Source: Hyaloraphidium curvatum SAG 235-1 (Eukaryota > Fungi > Monoblepharomycota). From it: a DNA stretch of 64,000 nt. Shown in pieces: positions 1-10,136 of the stretch (positions are counted from its first letter, which is position 1; every line of letters starts with the position of its first letter). The stretch is from NCBI GenBank assembly GCA_025558095.1, contig JAIVFI010000035.1, positions 124,001 through 188,000 of the forward strand, in the 5' to 3' direction. A program made the position numbers and the translations under genes. Below the pieces are notes generated by a model. The model made no database searches. It saw only the letters and a program-made list of their open reading frames with translations, and was not told the origin of the DNA.

Positions 1-244
1 GTTCATGCGAGGAGTGCCCGGTCCCGTTGTCGTCACTGCGCCCATCAGGCCTCCACCGGAGGCTGCCTGAGACTCTCAATGGAGTTTGGACCGCTGTTGT
101 AACCTGCTGTCAGGAATCGACGCTTTTGTGCAACAATGCAATGACCCGTTGCTGTCCGCGCCCAAACTGCCGCGGCCGTCGCGGTAATCAACGGTCGGAA
201 GGAGGACGTGATCGATGTCGTGAGACTCGTCAGCGTTTTTGCGA

Positions 245-976
245 TCAAAACCTGCGCACCCCCGCTTTGCCGCCTGCGAGCGCTACAACCAAGCCATCGG
301 GCATCCTCGCCGGCACCGTCTCCCACGGACTCGCACCCTCGTCCCACGTCCACACAACCTCCTCGCCGCCCGCTCCCACGTATCCCGCGGGAGGCACTAC
401 CACCCAACCGCCAGCATTCCTCCACTGCACCTCCACCACTTCGCCATCCACCTTGTACCTTCTCGCCGAAGCCTGCATTTTCGCAAGACGCAGATCGTAC
501 TCAAACAGCACCACCCGCCCCTGCGGCCCCGACGCAGTCACCGTCGCCAGACCCCGCACGCCGCCAATCCCGCACTTGGCGAGCAGCGTCTCCAGTCCGC
601 CTTTGTCGTCGCCGCACTCCAACGCCACGACGCCTCCAACGGCGCCCGTCGCAAGCCCCACGGCGTTGTGCTGCGGCAGCACCCGGTGCTCCGCCTCGGG
701 CTTGTGCCAATTCAGCGGGAGAGACACCCTCTCCGCCCCGGTGCGCGCATTCCAACCGATGCACACGGGGAAGGCCATGTAGCCCAGTTCCCTGTACGCG
801 CGAACGGCGTCGGCGACGGTGAGCTGTCCTTCCGACTTGGTGCCGATCGTAAAGCGCCTCTGCACCGGCCCCTTCGCACGATCCGCCGCCGGCAACGCAC
901 TCTCCAGCGCCTGCTCGCCGTCGACGACAGTGTCCGACACGGGCCTGAGTCCTTCGGGGGTTGCCATCAACGACAT
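245..976 (-). CDS. Prim-Pol (bifunctional DNA primase/polymerase N-terminal, AEP-fold) protein, probably catalytically inactive
   Basis: C-terminal part of ORF 245..1666 from ATG 976 (MSLMATPEG). Family-like blocks: AVRAYRELGYMAFPV, NAVGLATGAVGGVVALE, TVTASGPQGRVVLFEY, VQWRNAGGWVVVPP, WTWDEGASPWETVPARMPDGL. Confidence 0.75.
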   Translation of the reverse strand: MSLMATPEGLRPVSDTVVDGEQALESALPAADRAKGPVQRRFTIGTKSEGQLTVADAVRAYRELGYMAFPVCIGWNARTGAERVSLPLNWHKPEAEHRVLPQHNAVGLATGAVGGVVALECGDDKGGLETLLAKCGIGGVRGLATVTASGPQGRVVLFEYDLRLAKMQASARRYKVDGEVVEVQWRNAGGWVVVPPAGYVGAGGEEVVWTWDEGASPWETVPARMPDGLVVALAGGKAGVRRF

Positions 977-1097
977 TTGAACGGAGCTGCGAGGATTCGA
1001 CTTGCGTCCAACAGACGCGCACCCCGTCCATTGGCCACAATCTGTTTTCGCGGCGACCACCCCAGTAGGTGGTGACCACCGGTGCAGATCAATCGCC

Positions 1098-1505
1098 ATG
1101 CACGCCGCAGAGCCACCGTCCACGCCCATCTGCGGCACCGACGCCGCCGACATCACCGACGCGACGAGCGCCTCATCCGCGCTGACTCGCCCGCAAAGGC
1201 GCAGGCGGAACGCCCACCTCCTTTTTGAGACCATCGTCCGGAATCTGGACGTCAGAGACGATGACGTGCTCCTCGTCACCCGATCGGTGGTTCTTGACCA
1301 CATCCGACGTCTCGCTCGCTGGGAGGTCGACAAATACGCCAAATCGGCTGTCCTCATGAAACAGCTCCAGACCGCCGCTGCCCTCATGTACGGAGACACA
1401 CACAGCGTCACCTTGATGAAAGTGAACGGACAAAGCGGCAGTTTGGTCTTGGTCGCGCCTTTGAACGCTGTGCGCGCTGCCGCGACAGTTGAAGCGAGCG
1501 CGTGA
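1098..1505 (+). CDS. hypothetical protein in the virus-like cassette
   Basis: ATG at 1098; intronless 135-aa ORF with globular-looking composition, divergent from the Prim-Pol gene; no recognised motif. Confidence 0.45.
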   Translation: MHAAEPPSTPICGTDAADITDATSASSALTRPQRRRRNAHLLFETIVRNLDVRDDDVLLVTRSVVLDHIRRLARWEVDKYAKSAVLMKQLQTAAALMYGDTHSVTLMKVNGQSGSLVLVAPLNAVRAAATVEASA

Positions 1506-1646
1506 TCAACCGGGCAGCACGCGCCCAACGGCGACGAACGACGTCCAACAGCGCCAACTGCGCTTGTCGCGGGCGACAATGCCTCGTCGCGGCCAGGGCC
1601 TCCATCATTTTCGTTGCATCGTGGATCAACGTGGATTGACGAAAGG

Positions 1647-2366
1647 ATGGGTGCTGCGGTGAGCACTCAGATTTCGGAGACGACAAGCGAGATCCTGACC
1701 AACATCCTGATTCAAAACAGCTCAGAATGCTCTGCTCTTTCGGAACAGCGTGCCCGGATTGAGCTCAAAGCAAAGGGCCCGATCATTTTACCAGGGGGTG
1801 CAAGGATCTCTCAAGACGCCAATGTGAGCCTCCAGTGCGTGTTAGAGTCGACAAACGACGCAAAGATCAGATCGCAACTGGAGTCCAAGTTGCGACAGGC
1901 GGTGAAATCAGAGCTTGAAGGGCTCAACCTCTTCCAAGTCAGTGTTTCCACCAACATTTCGAAGCAGATCGCCCGGGTTGCATCGACGATAGACCTGAAG
2001 GACATCAAAAGGCAAATTGCCGCTTCCATTCAGGAGGCCGAAATCAAGTACGAATCGACAGATGATCGCATTGAAATGAAGGACGCAATCATCGACCAAG
2101 ACGCGACGATCCTTGTCAAGGCGATTTCCAAAACGGTCAACAACACCGAAGCCGTCGGCGAGCTCCAGAATCTGGTTGATCAAGAAACCACACAAAAGCT
2201 GGTCGGAATAATGACCGCAGCCGGGCTCGTCGTCGTCCTTGTCGTGGTCGCAATTGCATACCTCTGGATGAACCGCAAAAGCGACGACGACGATGGCAAG
2301 GGAGTCAAGGAGGACTTCACAGCGAGGCGCTCTCCTTCCAGACCGGCGCTTCGCCGCTGGCGTTGA
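1647..2366 (+). CDS. NCLDV-type myristoylated virion membrane protein (poxvirus L1/F9, iridovirus lipid membrane protein family)
   Basis: Starts MGAAVS (N-myristoylation MGxxxS); Ser/Thr/Gln/Asn-rich body with NSSECSA and SLQCV; single C-terminal TM helix (AAGLVVVLVVVAIAYLW) and charged tail; about 240 aa; no introns. Confidence 0.75.
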   Translation: MGAAVSTQISETTSEILTNILIQNSSECSALSEQRARIELKAKGPIILPGGARISQDANVSLQCVLESTNDAKIRSQLESKLRQAVKSELEGLNLFQVSVSTNISKQIARVASTIDLKDIKRQIAASIQEAEIKYESTDDRIEMKDAIIDQDATILVKAISKTVNNTEAVGELQNLVDQETTQKLVGIMTAAGLVVVLVVVAIAYLWMNRKSDDDDGKGVKEDFTARRSPSRPALRRWR

Positions 2367-3036
2367 GCACGAATGCCCGGCCGCTGGCCACGTGAACAAA
2401 CTGAAACAACCTCTCCGACGTCTGCAACCGCCAGTAGTCCGAAGCAAAGCGCAGCTCATTGGGTCGTTTGTCGTGGTAGTGTTTCGCCCCGCCCCCGATC
2501 AGATGTGTGAACTTGGAATTGCTCAAATAGAAGCGCGATCCGGTCAGCCGTGCCTCCCAAACACATTGCTCTCCGTTCACCCCGATGGCCCACGTGTAAA
2601 ACGCGAAACTGTCGGGATGCTTCGCCAATCCGGTCTTTTCCCCGTCCACAATCCTTGCCTTGACCTCCTGGCTCCCCGGAAGCAGCTCAATCACCTCCCC
2701 GGTGAATCGGTTGACAAACTGGAACTCGTCGCGGTTTGCAATCCACCTCCAGCTGCCAAAGTTGAGCGTGTCGTCTCCGGACGTTTGCAGCGGTCCGGGG
2801 CCCTTGTTGGGGATCCCGCCGTCGCTGTCCTTGTCGTCCACCGGCTCCCCGTCCCCGTCATCGGCGCCCAGCCCGCCCGCCTCCTCATCCTCCTCCTCCT
2901 CCTCTTCTTCCTCTTCCTTCTTGCCCTTCCCCTTTGGCAACGTCAACCACAGCACCACGCCGATGACGCCTCCAACGATCAGCAGCGCCAAAAGCACGAC
3001 GACGGCCATCCCAGCGCCGGTGCTCCCGCGCGCCAT
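2317..3036 (-). CDS. type II membrane protein with acidic linker and three beta-rich repeats (putative virion protein)
   Basis: N-terminal TM ending VLWLTLPKG; poly-Glu tract; repeats LNFGSWRW..FQFVNRFTG / FAFYTWAI..VWEARLTG / LRFASDYWRL..FQFVHVASG. Confidence 0.65.
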   Translation of the reverse strand: MARGSTGAGMAVVVLLALLIVGGVIGVVLWLTLPKGKGKKEEEEEEEEEDEEAGGLGADDGDGEPVDDKDSDGGIPNKGPGPLQTSGDDTLNFGSWRWIANRDEFQFVNRFTGEVIELLPGSQEVKARIVDGEKTGLAKHPDSFAFYTWAIGVNGEQCVWEARLTGSRFYLSNSKFTHLIGGGAKHYHDKRPNELRFASDYWRLQTSERLFQFVHVASGRAFVLNASGEAPVWKESASL

Positions 3037-3058
3037 TGACGATTGAAGCCCCGCACGG

Positions 3059-3070
3059 CGAAAAAACGCG
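3059..3070 (-). promoter_or_regulatory. shared upstream motif CGCGTTTTTTCG, copy 1
   Basis: Exact 12-mer 22 nt upstream of ATG 3036; identical copy at 3739-3750. Confidence 0.45.
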
Positions 3071-3090
3071 ATGACGGTCGCCTGCCGCGT

Positions 3091-3720
3091 TCAGAGCGGT
3101 GGTGCTCGTGGGGGAGGATAGAGGGGCGGCGGTCTTCCCGGTGGTCCGTAGACGCGCCGGGAGGGATCATGGAACTCAATCGTGGTGGCATCGGAACCGA
3201 CCAGGATGGAGCTCTGGTTAATGCCGTTGGCGCCAAAGAAGCCGGTCATTGCAACAGCGAGACCATTCGTGTCCCGGGCGACGTAGACGATGTTCGGCTG
3301 CCAACGCACCCTGTCTCCCACTTCGACGACGTTGAACTGCACTTTTGGAACAAACTGAGGAAAACGGCCCATTTCGACCGACAGCATGTGGTGCGCCCTG
3401 GAGACGGGGAGCCCCAAGGCTGCCTTGGCGACACGGTTCAGGTAGCGGAAAGCGCCGGCCCGGTCGCTAGGGATGTTCTCTTCGAAATACGGCGAGGGCA
3501 GCGGCGGGGGCGGTGCGAGCGAAGGCGGAAACAGAGGTTCGGGCCCGAACGGAGGCAGGAGCTCTTGTCGAATTGGGTACGGGGGCACGACGGCGGGCAA
3601 AGGCCGCTTGTCGCCACCATCGTTCTCCCCTTTCGGCAAGGCCAACCAGACAACAAGGCCGACGACAGCTGCGATGGCCACCGCTCCAATGACGATGAAC
3701 ACGATGGTTCTTTGCTCCAT
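3091..3720 (-). CDS. type II membrane protein, Pro-rich (putative virion protein)
   Basis: N-terminal TM ending VVWLALPKG, similar to the neighbour's; Pro-rich stalk; intronless. Confidence 0.65.
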   Translation of the reverse strand: MEQRTIVFIVIGAVAIAAVVGLVVWLALPKGENDGGDKRPLPAVVPPYPIRQELLPPFGPEPLFPPSLAPPPPLPSPYFEENIPSDRAGAFRYLNRVAKAALGLPVSRAHHMLSVEMGRFPQFVPKVQFNVVEVGDRVRWQPNIVYVARDTNGLAVAMTGFFGANGINQSSILVGSDATTIEFHDPSRRVYGPPGRPPPLYPPPRAPPL

Positions 3721-3738
3721 CGCTTCGGGTCAGGGCGT

Positions 3739-3750
3739 CGAAAAAACGCG
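3739..3750 (-). promoter_or_regulatory. shared upstream motif CGCGTTTTTTCG, copy 2
   Basis: Exact 12-mer 18 nt upstream of ATG 3720. Confidence 0.45.
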
Positions 3751-4174
3751 TCCGACGGAGCGGAGCGCGAACCCGCCCCAACGTGGCTCTCGGTGGGGCG
3801 GACGGTGAAGGCAAACGAACGCGGAGGAGAGGAGAGCGAAGCTCCTTTTGCCGCTTCTGCCATTGTGATGTTTTCTTGTTTGGAGTGCACCATGTTCAGT
3901 GTTACATCGAACCGGCAATCTGGGAAGGTGCCTGGGGTGTTTTGCAAAGTCGGTCGACCGGGACCGGCGTCCCATCCCGAACACTGAAAAGTTGGGGGTG
4001 TCGCGTCGGTTTGTTTACCCGGTCTGCAAGCTTTGCATTTTCGGTCCATGGGGGGTCTCTATCTGCCTGGTCTATGTAACACTGAAAAGTTCTGAAAAAC
4101 AAGTGTTTTGTTGTTGTGAGTGTGCACAGAAGACCGGTGGTGATCGGATCGTCGTCAGATTTCCTTGCCCTCCA

Positions 4175-4888
4175 ATGAGTTCAAAAATGCACGCACTCAA
4201 CACCGCCATCATCGTTGCCGTTCTCCTTCTCCTTGCGTTCCAGCTCTGGCTCGACAAACGCCCCACGCCGCCTCGCACGCCTCCGACCCTGTCTTTCTCG
4301 CTCATGCCTCCTTCCCCCGAGATGCAAGCCACCTGGCGCAGACAGTCGCTCGTCGCCGCTCCCAACTTTCTGCTGACACCCATCTTCCTCAAACTCGCCG
4401 GCGAATGCTTGGCGCTGGTGCAGAGCGCAGCGGCCAAGCGATCCCCGGCCCAAGTCGCCGCTCTGCGCAGCGGCGTCAGCGTGCCGGCGTCGCACCTGCA
4501 AGGCACCCTCGCCGAGGCGCTCTACGCCAGCTGCCAGCTGCGCGACTGGCTGCGCACGGCCACGGGCAACCCGAGGATGGACGTCGTACGCACAGACGAT
4601 CCAACGCGCATGACGCTCATCGCGTACGATCGACCCGGGGATTCGATCGCCTGGCACGTGGACGGGAATCACACCGCCGGCCAGCGCGTGACGATGCTGA
4701 TTTGTCTTGCCAACCGGGGTCGCGAAGGAGGGGTCTCCTGTGGCAAGCTGCAGTACATGCACGCTGATGGGCACCGGAAGACGGTCGACCTGGTGGAAAA
4801 CAGCATGGTGGCCTTTGATTGCAACGCCGTCGAACCACTGGAACCACCCTCACGTCTATCAATCTCACTTTCCTGCGCAGGAAGCTAA
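4175..4888 (+). pseudogene. membrane-anchored 2OG-Fe(II) oxygenase, C-terminally truncated
   Basis: N-terminal hydrophobic anchor; LIAYDRPGDSIAWHVD (HxD); VTMLICL and GKLQY strands. After SMVAFD the distal His and 2OG-binding Arg are not seen. Confidence 0.65.
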
Positions 4889-4899
4889 CCAGCAACGTC

Positions 4900-5680
4900 A
4901 TGGCAAAGGCGTATGATGGAGGTGACGATGGACTGCAGTCTTTCTTTCAGATCAACATCACCGTCAACAACTTCTTCTTCGGGGGATCCGAACCCGAGAG
5001 GCCCCCAGCGACACCCATCGACTTCAGCCTGGTCGACTTTGTGCCCGCCCCTCTGGATTCTATGCGCCTCGACGTTGTGATCGCAAAGTACGACCCGAGT
5101 GCTTGCCTGAACAACCAGCCGGTGCTGGTGAGATATCTGAACAACTATGTTGCACGGTACACCGGGGAGAAGGCGGGAGAAACCTTCTACTACAGACGGA
5201 TGCCCGCTGCCCGCTGGATGCAGCGAACCTGCCGACAGTCGATCGGTGGAGATCTCATGCCGTTTTGGCCACCTGCAGAGTCTGATCGGGACGGCGGTCG
5301 GGACCGGGATGTGGACTTGCTGAACGTCTTTCTTCGAAGCACGGATCGTAGGGAGTTCAAGGAAGTTTGCTACGATCCCAGTCACAAAGGCGACAACGGG
5401 CGGACGCTCAACCTGTTCAGCGGATTGGCCGCGCGCATTCTGCCTAAAGAAAAGGTGGACGAAACGAAGTTCAAGCGCATGAATGATCACTACGAGCAAA
5501 TCATCTGTTCGAATGATAGGACGCTCTCGAATGAACTCTTCAACTGGATGGCCTACATTGTGCAGGAACGGGACAAAACGGGCGTGGCAACTGCTTTCAT
5601 CGGTGCGCCCGGTGCCGGGAAGAACATCGCAGCCGACTTCTTCCGTTTGAAGGTGATCGGAGAAGCAAATTCGCGTGAGG
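4900..5680 (+). pseudogene. D5-like / DUF5906-type primase-helicase fragment, cut just after Walker A
   Basis: RREFKEVCYDP...NLFSGL...DHYEQIICSND...NWMAYIVQ...KTGVATAFIGAPGAGKN. No Walker B follows; the ORF runs into unrelated-looking sequence to 5961. Confidence 0.75.
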
Positions 5681-5998
5681 TGGCTTCCAGACGAGCGCGT
5701 GGATCCGGGGTGCCTTGGGTAGTCCTACAGCAAAATCGATCAACAAGGTGCCGGGTTCTTTGTCGCGTCCGGCGGTCTATGAAGCGTCCATCTTCAATGC
5801 GGCGAAGTCGGCGGCGAGGACTGTCCACGCTTTGCGGTGAAAAATTGATGTTCAATCGGATGGTGCGACGTGCCGGCAGCGCGACACGTGGCCCTCTCGA
5901 AAGACACCGTTCTCATATGGTTATGCGTACTCCCAGGTGCATGTCGGCGAGTCGTGCTTGAGACGTGTTGCGTCGGTACAGGCCGAGCCCGACGCTCA

Positions 5999-6550
5999 TC
6001 AGCGAGCGGTTCGCCGAAACGCCTCACGCTGGGTACCAAACTCCCGGCTGCTATTGTCGGAGGCGACTTCGGATGCACTGTTCGCACTGCCTAAACTGGG
6101 CAGAGCGCACTGCGCGGGTCTGGGTCCAACCGAGGACCTCGTAGACACTCGGGGGGACTTCGTGACCTGTATCCCGGAGCCTTGGCTCTCGCAGTCTTCG
6201 GAGGAGTCCCCATCTGAATCATCTAAGGCGTAGAGCGCCGAGTACGCCTCAGAGCAGGGCCTGCACAACGCGCCGCGGGCGACGCCATGCACGCACATGG
6301 CTACGCCGTGACCGCCACGGTGCGGCTGAGGAAACATGTCTGCAAGGGGTGTGCGGCCAACATCAGCACCGTTGTTGCTGCGGGGGGGCAGAGATTGCGA
6401 GGCGAGCACGCGGAAGTCCTCTACGGCCTGGCGAGAGCCTGTGGCCGGGAGGGAAAGTACGGCTGCAAGGGCGGCCGCTCGGGGTTCGGCGTGCTGAGGC
6501 GCCGGTAGCGTCAGTTGGCGCTCAGACGAATCAAGGCGAGAAATCGACAT
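5999..6550 (-). CDS. small CxH-x7-CxxC + acidic-tail protein, copy 1 (divergent)
   Basis: FRVLASQSLPPRSNNGADVGRT...CVHGVARGALCRPC...LDDSDGD aligns with 7051..7530 and 10744..11142. Confidence 0.6.
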   Translation of the reverse strand: MSISRLDSSERQLTLPAPQHAEPRAAALAAVLSLPATGSRQAVEDFRVLASQSLPPRSNNGADVGRTPLADMFPQPHRGGHGVAMCVHGVARGALCRPCSEAYSALYALDDSDGDSSEDCESQGSGIQVTKSPRVSTRSSVGPRPAQCALPSLGSANSASEVASDNSSREFGTQREAFRRTAR

Positions 6551-7050
6551 GGCTTCTGTCTCCGGAAAGTGGATCCGGTGGCGAGAGGTCGGAGTGGCTT
6601 ACCAAGATCGAAATTTAGCCGCCCCATAGCGAGAACCCCGGGAACGCTTGCTGTGGAATGGCGTTGGGGCATGCGATTCGGGAATCATGAGGCTAGACTC
6701 AAGGTTGCCACGGGAATACGTTCGACGAGTCCGATTTTGTGTTTGCTAGAACCAGCCGGCAACCGGCCTTCAGCTGGCCTAGACCGGCCTACGCCTGGAA
6801 GCCTGAGGTGCCTCCTTCAGTGCAAGGGACGTCAGGCGGGCCTGTCTGTTTTCCCCGGACTGTGCTACCGTGGTTTATCCCGCCATTTGCATGCAAATGG
6901 CGCGACCGGCGCTGCCTTCGATGTGTTCCCGGTGAAGAGTGCATTGGGTGTCCCGCCTGAAACTCAAAAACGATTCCCGCCTTCCCCTTTGGGGGCTCAC
7001 TCGCTAAATCCCACAACGCAACGCAAAAACTAGAATCGTGGGCCTCCAGC

Positions 7051-7530
7051 ATGTTGCCCGATGCGCAAACTCTCTACCCCGCGGGGCACCACGACACCGC
7101 CGCATCCGCGCGGTCCGCGCCGCTGGCGTCTATCCTCTCCTGCCGAACCGTGCCTGCGTACGCCGATCCCTCCTTCCACACACTTGCCTGCGCTTCGGTG
7201 CCAGCACTGCGCCGCAATGGCACCGACGTGCTGCGGACGCTCTTTGCTACTGCGTTACCCGACGCGCACCGCCCCGACGCGCGGCCTTGCCCGCACGGCG
7301 TTGCCGGCAGGCGGGAGATCTGCGCGGACTGTCACGCCGCGTACGCCGCGGACATTTGCGACTCGGACTGCGAGGACGACGTCTCCCCACTCGTACGCCA
7401 CTCGGGTGACCCGCATTCGGAGTCGGAGTCGTCGAAGGCTGTGCCCCACATTGATGAAAAGCGGCATTGTACGGGGCGAAGTGCGACGGCGCTGAGTGCT
7501 GATCCTTGCTGTAGATCGATTCGACCGTGA
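7051..7530 (+). CDS. small CxH-x8-CxxC + acidic-tail protein, copy 2
   Basis: FHTLACASVPALRRNGTDVLRTLFATALPDAHRPDARPCPHGVAGRREICADCH...DICDSDCEDD. Confidence 0.65.
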   Translation: MLPDAQTLYPAGHHDTAASARSAPLASILSCRTVPAYADPSFHTLACASVPALRRNGTDVLRTLFATALPDAHRPDARPCPHGVAGRREICADCHAAYAADICDSDCEDDVSPLVRHSGDPHSESESSKAVPHIDEKRHCTGRSATALSADPCCRSIRP

Positions 7531-7715
7531 GGAAACGTCGAATCTACGTGTCGTTTCGCCGCCGTCTATCATTGCCATTGCTTCCAATGCCATCGGGTCC
7601 TGGTCCGTTCTGCCTCACCGTGCCGGACTCGGAGTCTGACTTGAAGGTCCTCACAAACGCCGGTCCGGATTGGCAGACAGATGCCGTTTCTTAGCGAACT
7701 GTATCCGATGGGTTC

Positions 7716-10136
7716 GTGGGAAGGCGGAAGTGGCGCAGGCAGACCCTTCCAGCCGGATTCCGAAGGCAAGCCCCTCGACAGCCGCAGGTCTGTCTGCTTG
7801 ATTGCCTCGCAAACCGGACGGAGGCGCCCATTGTGACATGGCAAGTGCGGACGCTGTCGCGCCTGTGCCGGGCCCGCAGCATGTGCCGTCGTCGGCCTGG
7901 CGAGTGCCACCATCGTTCACGCCCCCCTGAGCTTCCTCTGAACTAAGCCGGTAGCGTGTCATGCTGGAAGGACCGCAAGAAGTGCCTCTTCCCGCCGGGT
8001 GCCATGGCATGCGAGCGGTGTCAGAAGCTGCAGCGCGCGTGCGAGCGGCGGCAAGCGCGGCGCACAAGGGCCGGGTCGGCCCCTGTCTTGCCGTCGAGCG
8101 GTTTGGAGTCGGATAGCCCGGAAAGCGACTCGGACCTGCCGCATGTGCTGTTGCTCAAGACAGATAACAGGACCCGGCTACCAAAGGAGGTGCGGGACAG
8201 GGCCCTGCGCGACTCTGGTGGGCTCGCTGGTGATTTCCAAGTGTATCTCTCCCATTCCCCTCGCCTAACCTGCTCCTGTTCCCGGTTCAACCCCGCTCCG
8301 AACTAACGACCACTTCCTCCCTGGGTCCAGCCTCCGCGAACCTTGGTTTGGCCACCTTTTGGGAGGACTTGCACCCGACCATCCCCATTGTGCACAAAAC
8401 GACTTTCGAAGCTGCCCTGGGTTCCCCATCGTGCCCTATCTACCGTCAACCCCCGCAGGCCTTAGCCTTTGCCATGGCAGCGTGTGGCATTCTGTACTGC
8501 CACACGCTGCCCAATGACGACCGCATTGTGCGCTCGGCCTCGCTCAGTGACGCCGCCTACACCCTCGTCTCTTCGTCCTACGACCCGGCCACCCCTGCTT
8601 CGGGCATAACGGACCTAGAAGCCGCGCAGGTTTTTGTCCTACTGGTGCATGCTCTGGCGCCACGCGGGGACGCGTGCGACACTGGGGCTCTGTTACGCAA
8701 GGCGGTAGCAGCCGCGGAGAGGATGTTGCCCCAGCCCCTGCACGGCACGCTGAGGTTCGCGCACCTGTCGTTGCCGACAGGGGCTGCGGAGTGGGTGCAG
8801 GCCGAGATGATGCTGCGGACGTACATACTCGTAGCTTCGTTGGACGTGTTGGTGGACTGACTTCCGCGGCTGGCGGCGAACGGGTGTCCTGACGGTCCGT
8901 ACCGTCAATGCAGATCCTTGGCCCTTCAAGCGCACCGCTGCCCGCACGCGACGTACTTTGGCGACAGCTATATACCCCTCCCGCACCACGACTCGCTCTT
9001 CGACCACCCTGATCGGCAGCTCGCTCACTCTTGTCTCACTCTCCCCCCGGCCGCTGTTCGCCCCGCGTCTTTCCTACTAGACCCCCGGCCCGAGGCGTGT
9101 CCTGCACTGGTTCTACAGTTCGTAGGCCCAGCTCTCTCTCGCCGCGCATCACACCTTGCCCTCCGGATGCTCGCGACTTTTGTTGGCGTGCTCTGCGCCC
9201 GTACGACAGGATTTGCGCGTGCGCAGGGGCTTGATCCGTTGCACGTGGCAGCACTGCCCGACGACAAGCGTCACGCGGACGAGCGGACGCTCGCTGCCCA
9301 TATCGCCCTCCTCACTGCCCTCGGCCGATCGATCCCGGCGTCATTCCCACGGCTGTACGCCTTCGCGCTGGAGCGCGGCGACGCATCGCCGTTCCTAGCT
9401 GATGCTCAGCTTCACTTTTCTCACCCCGCTCACGCGGCCGGGTTTCTCGCCTCGGTGGCGTGCGCGGCAACGGGATGCATGCACGCTGTCCTGGTGGGGT
9501 GCCGCCCCGAGTCACACACCGACCCGCACCTCTGGACCGCACCGGAGTTCACCGCCATCCTTGCCGATGCCGCGTTATTCATGCGCATGCTGCGTTCTAC
9601 AGGAGGAAATGGTTTTGGCTGCGACGCAGTGCCACACGTCGTGCGGGCCGGCGCGCTGGCGTTGGCAGGAAGGAAGCTGCTGGTGCGGGCAGGCAGTGCG
9701 GAAGGGGATCCGGGACATTTCGTGGCGGATATCAGGACGGCTGAAGAGTTCCTGAAGATGTGGGGCTCCAGATATGGTGGTCTCGGTGGGTAGCATGCCG
9801 TTGCTACATGGAACTGCGCGGTTTGACACCCCTAAAGCCCGCCTGGTGGCCGACGATTTCCACGCCGCCGCTAGCGAGCTCCTTCACACAGTGCCCCCAT
9901 CCTCCTTTCCCCCTGCCTTTCCGCGCTCCCCATACACAATGTTACCTAACCCCGCCGCCTCAGTCTCTCCTAGATTGGGCCTCTCCGCTTCCAGCATCGT
10001 CTCAGTGCAAGAGGAGGCCCAGTATCCAATGGGCCTCCGCACGGCGTTGGTGCAGTGGGACGACGCGAAACAGGCGCAGAGCTTCCTGGACGTGCAGGCG
10101 GCAGCGGACAGATTGCTCGCAGCATGGGCGTGTTGA
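7716..10136 (+). CDS. Zn2Cys6 transcription factor with fungal TF middle-homology region, copy A (spliced; start uncertain)
   Basis: C-VSCWKDRKKCLFPPGAMACERCQKLQRAC after removing intron 7841-7954; FWEDLHPTIPIVHKTTF; LAFAMAACG; MLRTYILVASLD; paralogous to copy B throughout. Confidence 0.8.

Larger units (their letters stand above)
245..5680. mobile_element. endogenous large-DNA-virus-like region (may extend left of the window)
   Basis: Tightly packed or overlapping intronless ORFs, including L1/F9-type membrane protein, Prim-Pol and D5-like helicase, in an otherwise intron-rich genome. Confidence 0.65.

Noticed and set aside
977-1666. N-terminal extension of ORF 245..1666
   Set aside because: It is the antisense shadow of 1098..1505; the Prim-Pol-like sequence starts downstream of ATG 976.
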